Positions 1 to 11,755 of a DNA stretch of 64,000 nt are shown one piece after another (position 1 is the first letter of the stretch; each line of letters starts with the position of its first letter). The stretch is from positions 83,018,001 through 83,082,000 of the forward strand of contig JANJGN010000014.1 of assembly GCA_026770705.1 (NCBI GenBank). Reading direction: 5' to 3'. Under the pieces are notes generated by a model. The model was not told the DNA's origin and searched no databases. It worked only from the letters and a program-made list of their open reading frames with translations. This DNA comes from Isurus oxyrinchus. Taxonomy: Eukaryota. Made by a program: the position numbers and the translations under genes.

Positions 1-893
1 TGACTTGGGTGAAGGGATGGATGGGATGGTTGCCAAATTTGCTGATGGCACAAATGTAGGTAGTAAAGTAATTTGTGAAGAGGACATAAAGAGGCTACAA
101 AAAGTTATAGATAGGTTAAGTGAGTGGGCAAAAATTGGCAAATGGAGTATAATATGGGAAAATGTGAAATTGACCATTTTGGCAGGAAGAATAAAAGAGA
201 GGCATATTATCTAAATGATGACAGATTGCAGAGCTCTGAGATGCAGAAGGATCTGGGTGTTTTAGTGCATGAATCGCATAAGGCTAGTATGCAGGTACAG
301 CAGGTAATTAGGAAAGCTAATAGAATGTTATCATTTATTGTGAGGAGAATTGAATACAAAATTAGGGAGGTTATGCTTCAGTTATACTGAGCACTTGTGA
401 GACCACATCTGGAGTACTGTGTACAGTATTGGGCAGCTTATTTAAGGGAGGATGTAAATACATTGGAAGCAATTCAGACAAGGTTTACCTGACAAATATC
501 TGGAATAGGCAGTTGTCTTATGAGGAAACATTGGACAAGCTAGGCTTGTATCTGCTGGAGTTTAGAAGAATAAGAGGTGACTTGATTGAAATATGTAAGA
601 TCCTGAGCGGACTTGACAGGGTGGATGTGAAGCGGATGTTTTCTCTTGTGGGAGAATCTAGAACTTGGGGTCACTGTAAAAATAAGGGGCCACCCATTTA
701 AAACAGAGATGAGGTGAATTTTTTTTTATCTCAGAGGTTTGTAAATCTTTGGAACTCATTCTGAAAAGGCAGTGGAAGTAGAATCTTTCAATATTTATAA
801 GGCAGAGGTAGATAGATTCTTGATAAGCAAAGGAGCGATAGGTTAAGGGGGATAGGCTGGATGTAGATTTGAGGTTATCATCAGATCAGCCAT
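1..893 (+). mobile_element. CR1 LINE, 3' part of ORF2 (RT C-terminus) and 3' UTR, decayed
   Basis: Frameshifted peptides AKFADGTNVG, LQKVIDRLSEWAK, WQMEYNMGKC, DLGVLVHES, RGDLIE are typical CR1 RT C-terminal motifs. The copy ends at tcagatcagccatg, like the copy at 29745-31030. Confidence 0.93.
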
Positions 894-1265
894 GGGCAAG
901 GATCTTTAGGTCGGCAAGCGGGGGTGGGGAGGGGCAAAATGATGCAGGATGATGTCAGGCAGAACTCCCCACGTCATTTCAATTTTCAGGTCAACCTTAG
1001 GTTGGGTGGGCAGGCCGGGAGTCCTGGCGGGCTTCAGAAAAAACATGAAACCTCATCCATGGGCGGGATGGGGTTTCATGAGGGTTTTTAAAAATTTAAT
1101 AAATGTTTGATTTAAAGTGATGGACATGTCCCAACTCATGTGACAGTGTCACATGAGGGGACATGTCAGGGAAATTTTGTTTGTGCATCTTTACCATTTT
1201 TAAACTTGGTGCCGACTTCCCTGAGGCAGCACCTAGCCTCAGGGAGATGAGTGTACTCTTTCATA
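894..1265. mobile_element. Partial Harbinger-type MITE (same family as 44170-44872, opposite orientation)
   Basis: Starts gggcaaggat; shares catgaaacctcatcc and the palindrome ctcatgtgaca-g-tgtcacatgag with the 44.2-44.9 kb copy. Confidence 0.75.
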
Positions 1266-1823
1266 TCCTGGAGCATGCTTTCAGAATTGACCGGCTGAAG
1301 ACTGAGATTGGATAGTATGCTCTTCCAATAGAAATGACACCCACTATGAGGTGGGCTACAGGGATGAATTATTCTTGTAGTCGCCTTGGACAGAACTTTA
1401 GCAGTTCTCATAGAAACAGTGTAGATGAGGGTCAGGCAATTTAAAGCTGGATAGAGCTCTGGTTCTGCTACTGTTTGGTTGATGGAAGATGGCGGACAGC
1501 CTCTCTCAGCTCCAGTGTGGTTTGAGGTATTTTAGATTGAAAAAGTCATTAGGTAAAGAGGAACATCTTTTTTCTGCTTTGCACCTAGGAGTTTTCTCCC
1601 ATGTGAAAAGCAGAAGTAAAAAGATGCAGAAGATCACGATGCTGGGTCTGTGTTTCCTGTGGACTGTGTGGAAATTTCCATGGATCTGCCAATAGGGTGG
1701 AACACTTGTTCTGCAAATAAGCAAAGCATGTAAGTGCTGTACCAATGAGTCTAGAAGAAGTACATTTATGCAGCAACTTTAATATAATGAAATATCCCAA
1801 GCTGCTTCCCAGTCTTGGAGGAC

Positions 1824-3326
1824 ATGACTGAATACACAGGCTAACAATGATTTAGATGGCCGTGCTTACCCACCTTCCCCTGAAGCTAATTGGGGATTGT
1901 TAAAAACTATTTGCTTTAAAATATGGAAGGACACTGCATTATCTAGTCACTTGGAAGCTGACCTGGATTTTTTTTAAAAGGGTCACTATTGGACTAGGAG
2001 CAAGCATGTCTTTTACAAGAAATCATCTGACCAGCAGGGTATTTGAGGAGGAAGAGCTGTTTGCTTGTTTGCTCTGCAATTGTTTAATGGATAGATAAAA
2101 ACTGGTTTAAAGGCAAAGGCTAGTGATTTACTAGAAATCACATGACAGGGATGAGCTTTAAGTCTTGAACTTGTTTTTGAGTTCAGTTGGGACTGAACTG
2201 AGAAAGTGAAAAGCTGCCCTTTTGCACTCCCTTTGCCATGCCTGAAATCATGTGATTTTCAATATCCAATAAAGCTCATATTAGTGGAACTTATCCATAT
2301 TTGGAAACCAAGAGGCTGAGATGAGGATTGATCCAGATCTATTTTCTTCCATGCCGAAGCACCATTGATGAGAACCTCCAGGACTCTACTGGGACTAACA
2401 ATCTGTCTTCACACGAGGGAACTTCAGATCGACAGTGTTGAAACACCATGAACTTTATCCTTTCTCTTTGATAGCATCTATTCTCCAAAGCCCATCTCCG
2501 ATTTTCACCATCCTTTTGTTTTTTTCCCATAATTTATATAGATCTTTCTTTTCCCACCTATTTCCATTATTTTTAAATGTATTTCCATCCATTGTTTTAT
2601 CTCTACCTTTTAGCCTTTTTCAATTTCTTCAGCCCACCCCACCCCCACTAGGACTATCTGTACCTTGCTCGTTCTGCTTTCTACCCTTAATTAGCACATT
2701 CCTTTAGATAATATCACCATCTTCAACACCTCTTTGTCCTTTTGTCTGTGACATCTTTTGGTTATCTCCACCTATCACTGGCCCTCTATCCAGCTCTTCT
2801 TGTCACCCCCCTGCCTTAAACCAACTTATATTTCACCCTTTTTCTATTTTTCCTTAGTTCTGTTGAAGAGTCATGCGGACTCGAAACATTAACTGTGCTC
2901 CTCTCCACAGATGTTGCCAGACCTGCTGAGTTTTTGTTTTTGTTCTTGTTTTTGTTTTGGACTTCCAGCATCCGCAGTTTTTTGCTTTTATCTGCAGAGA
3001 CCCTACCTGTTTGTCCTTTGTTTCTTTGTGTGTGTACGTGTGTTGGGAAACTTTAAAAGGGAAAAGATAGTTATGCTTCCAGATTGCAATTGTGTGTTAA
3101 CCAATTCTTGCAACTTGTTTTGAAAAAGTTTTGTTTTCTAATGAATCAATAATTCTGAGTTTATTGAAAGAAGCCTGGTTAAAGTGTATTTTATTTTGGG
3201 TCTAACTGTTACAAAGGTAAATAATTGGCCAATCTGGTGAGTGAATTAAACATTTAAACAAATAGCGTGACCAGGGGAGTAGTGGGGCTAGATAAACTGC
3301 GCACTCCTCCTATCCCGGTCGTAACA
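1824..3326 (+). mobile_element. Solo LTR (Gypsy-like), interrupted by a Penelope-type insert
   Basis: Ends ...ccggtcgtaaca. Colinear homology with 36860-38229 (ggaaggacactgcattat, tttaaaggcaaaggc, gagtttattgaaagaagcctggttaaag). Left edge approximate. Confidence 0.7.
2499..2990 (+). mobile_element. Penelope-like element 3'/pLTR fragment with hammerhead-like motif at 2856-2894
   Basis: Absent from the homologous LTR copy, where cccatctc/tgcagag is contiguous. Contains agtt-CTGTTGA-a-gagtc(atgcg)gactc-GAAAC-att-aact followed by ccacagatg..ccagacctgctgag..ttccagcatccgcagt. Confidence 0.75.
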
Positions 3327-3329
3327 GGA

Positions 3330-3790
3330 TTCACATAAACTGCTGTAAAAGACTATCAGCCCACATCAGTCAGGAGCTCGGCTACATCAATGACTCAAAA
3401 AATTACTACAGCCTTCAATTTATATGCAACTGGTTCCTTCCAGTCTGCTTCGGGTGACTTCAGTCACATCGGTCAGTGAGCTGTGTATTAAGAAGATTAT
3501 TGATGCCCTGTTCAAGCAAACATCTAAATTAATCACATTCTCAATGGATCTAGAAAAACAGAAGAATCAAGCAGTCAACCTCTAGACTTTCAGCACTCCC
3601 CAGGTATAGAGTGCTATTGATTGTACTCCTGTGGCAATGACTGCTGTGATAATCCACTTAGTTTTAATCCAGAAGAGATTTCAGTCAATTAATATGCAAG
3701 TGTTGTGTCATGCCAGTCACATCATTTTGCACATCAATGCCTGCCACTTAGGAAGCTACACATGCTTATTTATACTGTGTCAATCAATAG
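3330..3790 (+). pseudogene. Decayed HARBI1-like (PIF/Harbinger) transposase fragment
   Basis: Translates to KITTAFNLYATGSFQSASGD..CIKKIIDALF..PQV*SAIDCT..FQSINMQVLCH, the HARBI1 motifs, with stops. Confidence 0.82.
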
Positions 3791-4159
3791 TGTTTAGTGA
3801 AGACTGTAGAGCCGATTTTATCTTGGTCGGTAGGATTGGAAAAGCTAGTAGTGACCCTAGGACCAAATGTTGCACTTAGTGCCCTGTTCCCATCCCTCTG
3901 CTCCCTGCCATTGTACCCAGAGCATGTACCCAGGTGCCTAGGTTCCTGCCTGAATCTGGCAGCTGTCTCATTAAATTATAAAAATTGGGGTCCTGTGACC
4001 CTGAATGCAATTTTGAGGTAAAAATGGGCATTGTACATTCACAGAATGGCCCAGGAAATATGTATTTTTGGTGGGGCCTTGGCCCCACTGGGGCGCTTCT
4101 GGCACATTCAAGGCTCCCCAGGATGACCACTGCTGTTGTCACCTCCCACCTTTTTATCT

Positions 4160-4785
4160 TTTTTTATTCATTCACGGGATGTGGGCTTCGCTGGCTGGGC
4201 TAACATTTATTGCCCATCCTAAATTGTCCTTGAGAAGGTGGTAGTGAACTGCTGTAGTCCATGTGGTGTAGGTACACCCACTGGGCTGTTAAGGAGGGAG
4301 TTCCAGGATTTTGACCCACCGACAGTGAAGGAACAGTAATATCTTTCCAAGTCAGGATGCTGAGTGACTTGGAGGAGAACTTTCGGGTGATGGTGCTTCC
4401 ATCTATCTGCTGCCTTTGTTCTTGTAGATGGTAGTGGTCGTGGGTTTGGAAGGTGCTGTCTAAGGAACCTTGGTGAATTCCTGCAGTGCACCTTGTAAAT
4501 GGTACACACTGCTGCTACTGTGCGTCAGTGGTGGAGGGAGTGAATGTTTGCGGATGTGGTGCCAATCGAGCAGCTGCTGTGTCCTGGATAGTGTTAAGCT
4601 TCTTGAGTGCTCTGGGAGCTGCACTGATCTAGGCAAGTGGGGAGTATTCCATCACACAACTGACTTGTGCTTTGTAGTGCTTTGGGAAGTCAGGAGGTGA
4701 GTTACTCGTCGCATGATTCCTAGCCTCTGACTTGCTCTTGTAGCCACAGTATTTATATGGCTCATCCAGTTCAGTTTCTGGGCTC
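4160..4785 (-). mobile_element. Non-LTR retrotransposon 3' end (CR1-Zenon-like RT C-terminus)
   Basis: Minus strand gives SHINTVATRASQRLGIMRRVTHLLT, VMEYSPLA, CTIYKVHCRNSPRFLRQHLP, WNSLLNSPVG, then an A-rich tail. Clade assignment is by motif resemblance only. Confidence 0.82.
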
Positions 4786-5842
4786 TAACTGTCAGTAACT
4801 CAGTGGGGAGCTGGCTAAGTTCCTGTCCTCCCAAATTGGTGAGCTGCAGCAAGGTGATATTTTGGTGCTTGCAGTTTATTGGCAGAAGAGAAGTGAGCTG
4901 CAGACTTCTGAGTGCCTCAGGCCTTCAGCACTAGAGAATGGGCAATGGCAGGGTTACCTGCTGCCTGCCTTTTCTGTACCTGTATTTAAGTCATCTCTGC
5001 TGTGTCAGTACCACGTAACTGGAGTGCAGAGAAACTCCCTGCTGCATTGGTTAATGGCATTTTAAAATTTTTATTGAGCTGACAATTGGAATACCGACGT
5101 CTTGAGAGATCTATTCCATAAAGTCTAATAATTTATATGCAGCAGCAGATTGATAAATGTGTGCAGTTGTGGTAAATGTAAAAGAGAAACCTAAGAGTGA
5201 CATGCCTAGCCTATGCTGGACTTTGTGAAACTTGGCATTTCTGATATTGCTTCTGGCCTATGGAAAGATGATAATTGCATGAGCGAAAACAACCTTCCAG
5301 TGATCTCTCTAGCAGATTTTGATTGACAACTTGAACAAAAGTAAATTGATTATAATTGCTGATTGCAGAAGTTGGCTTTTCACACTCAGGCCTCTAATAA
5401 AAGTCACCAGTTAATCAGCATCCAAATAAGAAAAACATGAAGCTACAGTTCCCTTTCTTATACCCACAAACTGGAAAACCATGTTCTGAATTCACCTTGC
5501 TAATTTGCCTTCATTTACTGTGTAAAAACTTGAGCAACTAGACTGTTTAGATTGTGTATCAATTGTAGATTATTTGGGTGGTGGGCTTGTTTAAATTGCC
5601 ATGGATAGTGAAACTTTTATTGTTGATTAATATGCTTTCTGTCCTCATCTTTGCCATCATTAATAAGTGTTTAAAAGGTTTATTTCATGCAGCCTTCCAT
5701 TGAGAGAACTGGCATTACAACTATTTGTCTACAATTGGTTTACTTATCTATAAAAATGTTAAGAGGGTCTGTGGAGTTTTGCACCTCAAAGTCTCCATCA
5801 AAACGCCACACCACATCACAAAGTGTAAGTCACAGATTCACA

Positions 5843-5959
5843 GGCTGGAATTTTAGGACCCCGCCGTGGTGGGAATGGTGTCCATAAAATGCGACAACGA
5901 TTCTAAACTTCATTGACTTCAGTGGAACCGTAAAATCCTGCTGTCATAAAATTCCACCC
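5843..5959. mobile_element. Short MITE
   Basis: Terminal inverted repeats ggctggaatttta / taaaattccaccc; internal cattgactt motif shared with 57654-57814. Confidence 0.65.
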
Positions 5960-6063
5960 GTAAACCTAGGAGAAAAATTAATGATTGGTGGAAATTACTA
6001 TAGTTAATAATACTTACCAGACTATTCCATTGATTAAATTACTTCTACTTACAAAACTGGTAG

Positions 6064-7323
6064 GAAAGATCAGGGATAGTCAGCATGGCTTTGTAAGAGG
6101 GAGGTCATGCCTAACAAATTTGATTGAATTTTTTGAGGAGGTGACCAGGTATGGATTTCAGCAAAGCCTTTGACAAGGTCCCATATTGGAGACTTATAAA
6201 GAAGGCAAATGTACATGGGATACAGGGTAATTTGATAAGGTGGATTCAAAATTGACTTAGTTGTAGGAGGCAGAGGGTGATGACAGAGGGATGCTTTAGT
6301 GACTGGAAGCCCGTGTCCAGTGGCGTACCACTGTGCTGGGTCCCCTATTATTTGTCATTTATATAAACAACATAGATGACTATGTGGGGGGTAGGATTAG
6401 TAAGTTTGTGGATGACACAAAGATTGGCCTGGTGGTTAACAGTGAGGTTGAATGTCTTGGACTAAAGGAAGATATAGACGGGATAGTCAAATGGGCAGAT
6501 AAGTGGCAGATGAAATTTAACCCTGAGTAGTGTGAGGTGATACACTTTGGAAGGAGTAATTTGACAAGGAAGTATTCAATGAACAGCATGACACTAGGAA
6601 GTTCTGAGGAACAAAGGGACCTTGGCGTGTGTGTCCATGGATCTCTGAAGACAGAGGAGCATGTTAGTGGGTTGGTGAAAAAGGCATATGGGACACTTGC
6701 CTTTATCAATTGAGGCATAGATTACAAAAGTAGGGAGGTCATGTTGGAGTTGTATAGAACCTTGGTGAGGCCACAGCTGGAGTACTGTGTCGAATTCTGG
6801 TCGCCACATTATAGGAAGGATGTGATTGCACTAGAGGGGGTGCAGAGGAGATTCACCAGGATGTTGCCTGGGATGAAACATTTAAGTTATGAAGAGAGGT
6901 TGGATTAGACTTGGGTTGTTTTCGTTGGAGCAGAGAAGACTGAGGGGCAACCAGATTGAGGTGTACAAGATTATGAGGGGCATGGACAGGGTGGATAGGG
7001 AGCAACTGTTTCCCTTAGTTGAAGGGTCAGTCACGAGGGGTCATAAGTTCAAGGTGAGGGGCAGGAGGTTTAGGGGGTATGTGAGGAAAAACTTTTTTAC
7101 CCAGAAGGTGGTGACGATCTGGAATGCGCGCCTGGGAGGGTGGTGGAGGCGGGTTGCCTCATATCCTTTAAAAAGTGCCTGGATGAGCACTTGGCACATC
7201 ATAACATTCAAGGTAATGGGCCAAGTGCTGGTAAATGGGATTAGGTAGGTAGGTCAGGTGTTTCTCACGTGTCGGTGCAGACTCTATGGGCCAAAGGGCC
7301 TCTCATGCACTGTGATTCTGTGA
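6064..7323 (+). mobile_element. CR1 LINE, 5'-truncated (RT domain plus 3' UTR)
   Basis: SQHGFVRGRSCLTNLIEFFEEVT, LGPLLFVIYIN, SKFVDDTKI, WQMKFN, GLFSLEQRRLRG; ends in a (tgtgattc)-type tail. Confidence 0.95.
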
Positions 7324-7465
7324 GATACCAATTGGCAATGAATAAGTATCCCAAAAATATAATTTTGTTTAAAAAGATATGTGGAAACAATAAACTCAAA
7401 ATAAAGTAGTCAAATTACTCAAATAATGGCTGGAATGGTCCATGCCCACTGGCATCTGGTGTCAG

Positions 7466-8428
7466 GAACCACATCAGTCACATCTGCCAGCTACTGCAGG
7501 ATTTTGTGCCACGTGGACATATACGGCATCCGCTGCCAGTGGCTGTAAAAGTTACAGCCACGTTCAATTCCTATGCCGGTGGCTCCTTTCAGGGCTCCAC
7601 AGGTGATCTCTATGGGATATTACAAGCCTCCACCCATTATTGCATTCATGAGGTCACGGATGCCATCTTCGCAAGGGCACACAACTTTGTGCATTCACCC
7701 AGGACCAGGAGAGTCAGGATGTAAGTGATTGTATTTGCCCAGATCTCGGGTTTCCCACAGGTGCAGGGTGCCAGCAACTGCATTTGTGTGGCACTCAGAT
7801 CTCCATCGCAACACGCATGTCAATTGCAAGGGGTTCCATTCGCTGAATGTGCAGCTGGTGTGTGACTACCACAAAAGCATCCTGCAGGTCTGTGCATGGT
7901 TTCCAGGGAGTATCTACAATGCCTACATTCTCAGTCGGTCACAGGTCTCTGACGTCTTCCAGAGTCTACAGAAGCTGCAGGAATGGTTCCTCAGGGATGA
8001 GGGCTACCCGCAGAGGCTCTGGCTGATGGCACCCATGCGGCAGCTTCAGAGTGCAGGAGAGTGAAGGTATAGCGAGGCTCATGCTACAACTTGTAACCTG
8101 GTGGAGCAGACCATTGGGATGCCGAAAATGATGTTCTGGTGTCTGGACCAGTCTGGTGGAGCCCTGCAATACAGTCCACAGAGGGTGTTACACATCACTG
8201 TCGCCTGCTGCGCCCTTTACAACTTGGCGCTGCAACACTAAGAGGAGCTGGTTGAGGAGGAGATGGAGGTCTCCTCCGATGAGGAGGACGTCAGTGGGGA
8301 TGTGGGTGAGGATGTCCTCAAAGGTGATGATGATGGTGATGAGGCCCTCGCATTGGCCAGACCAGGCAGGCACCCTTGGGAGGCTTTAATAGCTGCTAGA
8401 TTTGTGGAGGATGATGACAACATTTAGT
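7466..8428 (+). pseudogene. HARBI1-like DDE transposase pseudogene
   Basis: HICQLLQD..HPLPVAVKVTATFNSYAGGSFQGSTGD..SGFPQVQG..VNCKGFHSLNVQLVCD..FPGS..LRDEGYPQRLWLMAP..VEQTIGMPKMMFWCLD..CCALYNLA followed by an acidic tail; frameshifts and stops. Confidence 0.92.
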
Positions 8429-9107
8429 GAAGAGAGACCATAAGATCCACATATTGCAATGTTTGACTCCAGTCTGGTTTATGGCAGCTCACATACCCTC
8501 TGTGATAATGCTCCTGTCTTGAAGACCCAGGGAAGGCTCTAATAGTCACTTGATTGCAGGACGATGATGACGACATGTAGTGAGGATACGCCATAGATTT
8601 TCACATAGCCTCTGAGAATGTTTGACTCCTGTCTGGCCGAGGGCAGCTTGCTTGCGCTCTGTGATCAGGGTCATATCATGGAGACACAGCCATGAAACTT
8701 TGTCCGCCTTCAGCACCTGAGCCCTTCAGGAGCACAGCGTCACTGGTTAAAGATGTTGAAGAGATGGGGGCCAGCCGCACCTTAAAGGTGCTGAGAGCTA
8801 CAGAGGATGACAGAACTCTGTGACACCTGCCCATGACATTCTGGCAGCAATGACAAGCATTGTCAAGGTGCAGGCATCAGTAATGTGTCTGGGGAGTGTG
8901 AGGCCGGACCATCACTTTGGTGTGAAGGCTGTACAAAGTACAGGGAAGATGTCCTAGATTGAGACACCTGCCTTTATCTTGTGCAGAAAGGTTCCACATC
9001 TGAGTAATACGAGCACTGTTCATCAGGCAGAGAGATATTCTTGGGAATTTAATGACAATAGTGAACATTATGTACAAGCGATTAAAGCCCATGCCCAGGA
9101 TGTGCAA

Positions 9108-10803
9108 CTACATCTTCTTAACCTTCCTAACCTTGCCGCTACATTTTGGTGCTCCCTGTACACCCACAGTGGAGGTGGAGGCAGCCTGCTGACTGCTACA
9201 CCCTGTCTGTGATGACCTTGATGTGCATGCTGTGGAGGGCCGAGACCTAGAAGGCCCTGGCCTGCTTTCAGGGTCCTGCTGTGTGGCAGTGGCACCTTCC
9301 TCAGCCTGTGGAGCTGGAACTGCTGAGGTTACAGGAAGAGGAGTTTCGGATGGACCAGTCACTCCCGGAGTCACCTGGGTGGATGGCCCTGCGGCGTGCA
9401 CCTACTGACCCTCCTCCCTATGGGTACCCAAGGGCCCCTCGCTGACTCTTTGAGGAGAAGAGGTAGCTGAAGTAAGATCAAGCTGCCCTGCACTCCTCTG
9501 GCATACACTGTGTTGGAGGCCAATGATGGCGTCAGCGATGGAGTTCAGCCCGCACAGCATTGCAGGAGTGACATCCTGGATCAAGGTGTCCATGGTGCCT
9601 GCGATCCTGCCAGTGTTGACCTCAGTGCATTGCATGCCAGTGCTATCACCTCAGACTGAAGGCAGACGGAGCCCTCCATCATGCCTTGCAACCTGTGGTG
9701 TGCAGCGGACCACTTTTCCTGATGTTCCTGAGCTTTCCGTTGCAGCTCCAGCAACTATGACATGACTGAGTCCAGGGGCTCATCATCTGACTCAGACTTA
9801 GGAAATTTCTGGCCTCCAGCCATCCTCTGAGTGCCAAAGAACTGGGAAGTCCCTGCCACCACTTGCTGTGGATCAGGAAATGTGATGTGATCACCAGATT
9901 GTGATCCCGAGGCTACTCTAAAGCTAGTTCCCACTGAGGCGTGTGTCTGTGTGCTGGTGGAGGGTGTGGGTGAGCGCTGTAATGGGACTTCAAGGAGGAT
10001 GCCTTCAGATTCCACTTCAGAGGTTTCTTCGGGGCTTGATTGGCGGCCCTGGGTCATGGAATCTGTCGGCTGTTTGGCAGATGTGCCTGCGAAAGCAAGG
10101 GGAGATAATTAGTGCATGGGAGTGGCCTGTGAAAAAGGACACATCACTCACGGCATGGTTGTCTGGTGGATGTTGCATTGCTGGATCCTCACTTCGTAGA
10201 ATGGTGCCAACCTCATCATCAGCACAGGAATGGTCCAGATCCTAGCCAGTCAGCTGGATGGCTCTGTTTTCAAAGTCCATGAAGAACTTGATTTCAGGCA
10301 TTCCTCCATCAGTCTGCAACCTCTCCCTCTTGTGTGCCAGTTTGTCCTGTGTGAATAGAGATGGAGAGAGTGTAAGCAGAATGCCTGCCAGGCCAGATGA
10401 TAAATATGCCTGGCATATGGCGGTGATTGGTCCCATGGACTGGATGAGGACAATGAAGGTGTGTGTGAGAGTGAATAGTGATGTCCCTTGAACCGGCAGT
10501 GAGTGAGGGCCTTGTGGATGCATGATAAGCTTGTGACTGTGTGAGTTGAGAGTAACTTACTCTGGTGGAACAAAGGAGATCATTCATCCTCTTGCAGCAT
10601 TGGGTAGCTGTCCTCTTTTCCAGGGTATTGGCGCTGACGACCACTGCCACTACCTCCCAAGCCGGATTAGTGATGTTTCTGCCTGTCCTGCGGCCAGAGC
10701 GAGGGTAAAGGACAACACGGCGAGCCTCCACTGCATCCAAAAGGTATTGGAGGGATGTGTGAGTGAATCTGGGTGCTGCAGTCTACTTGCTTTTCATGGC
10801 CAT
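9108..10803 (-). pseudogene. Harbinger Myb/SANT-like DNA-binding protein gene, 3 exons (approx. 10803-10561, 10346-10193, 10086-9108)
   Basis: LLDAVEARRVVLYP..AWEVVAVVVSAN..RTATQCCKRMNDL (Myb/SANT). GTAAGT donor at 10560; cacag acceptor at 10347; GTGAG donor at 10192; ttcgcag acceptor at 10087. In-frame stops present. Confidence 0.85.
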
Positions 10804-10914
10804 GTCTTCTTTGCAGCTGTTGTGGGCTGGAAGCACTGAGAGGTGTGTGCGCGGCTGGGCTTTAAATATGGTGCCTGGCATGATAAAGTGGCGAGGTGAT
10901 GGCATGGCAGGCGA

Positions 10915-11165
10915 ATGAGAAATTTCTTTATCCAAAGAATGTAAGAATGAGGAACTCATTACCATGGAGTGGTTGAAGCAAATAGTATAGATGCATTTAA
11001 TGGGAAATTGGATAGGCATAAGAGGGAAAAGGGAATAGATGGTTCTGATGATAGATTTAGATGAGGAAAGATGGGAGGAGGTTTGAGTGGAGCATAAATA
11101 TCGACAAGGACTGGTTGGGCTGAATGGCTAGTTTCTATGCTGTATCTCCTGTATCATGTAATCCT
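10915..11165 (+). mobile_element. CR1 LINE 3' tail
   Basis: RNFFIQR..WNSLP-type end plus ggactggttgggctgaatggc 3' UTR; similar to 45350-45550. Confidence 0.7.
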
Positions 11166-11314
11166 ATATTAGGCCTGTCCTCTTATGGCCCTGGGGAGTA
11201 TTACATACAGCTCAGAGTGGGGAAATTTCTCCTTGGTTTTGGGTACTGGAAAGTTTGAGTTCCCATCAGGGAATTATTTTATGCGAGTTGTAGTTTTCAC
11301 TATGTTTCTGTAGA

Positions 11315-11755
11315 AAAACAACAACAGTTACTTGTATTTTGCATAGTGCCTTTAACATAGTAAAACATCCTATGAATGTTACCAAATGAAACTTGACACT
11401 GAGTCACATAAGGGGATGTTAGAGCAGATGTCCATAAGTTTGTCAATGAAGTGAGTCTTAAGGCGTGCCTTAAAAGAGGAAGAAAGCAGGAGAAGTGGAG
11501 AGGTTTAGGGAGGAAATTCCAGAGCTTAGGATCTTGGCAGCTGAATGCACAGCTTTTAATGGTGATGCATTTAAAATCAGAGATCCTCAACAGGCCAGAA
11601 CTGGAGGAATGCAGGAATTTCAGAGTCCTGGGGTTGGAGGAGCTTACAAAGGTGGTGGTAGGTGAGGCCATGGAGGGATTTGGAAACAAGTTTGAGAATT
11701 TTACAATGAAGGTGCTGCTTAAGCAGTGGGCAATATAGGTTGGTGAGTATAGCTG
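11315..11755 (-). mobile_element. L2 LINE 3' fragment
   Basis: Minus strand AFSCQDPKLWNFLPKPL and a tail ending atacaagt...gttgttgtt, as in the L2 at 38640-40435. Confidence 0.75.

Larger units (their letters stand above)
7429..10918. mobile_element. PIF/Harbinger transposon with convergent transposase and Myb/SANT genes (one end lost)
   Basis: Left end ggctggaatggtccatgcccactggcatctgg matches the reverse complement of the end at ~20557-20587. HARBI1-like gene on +, Myb gene on -. Right side cut by a CR1 tail. Confidence 0.9.
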
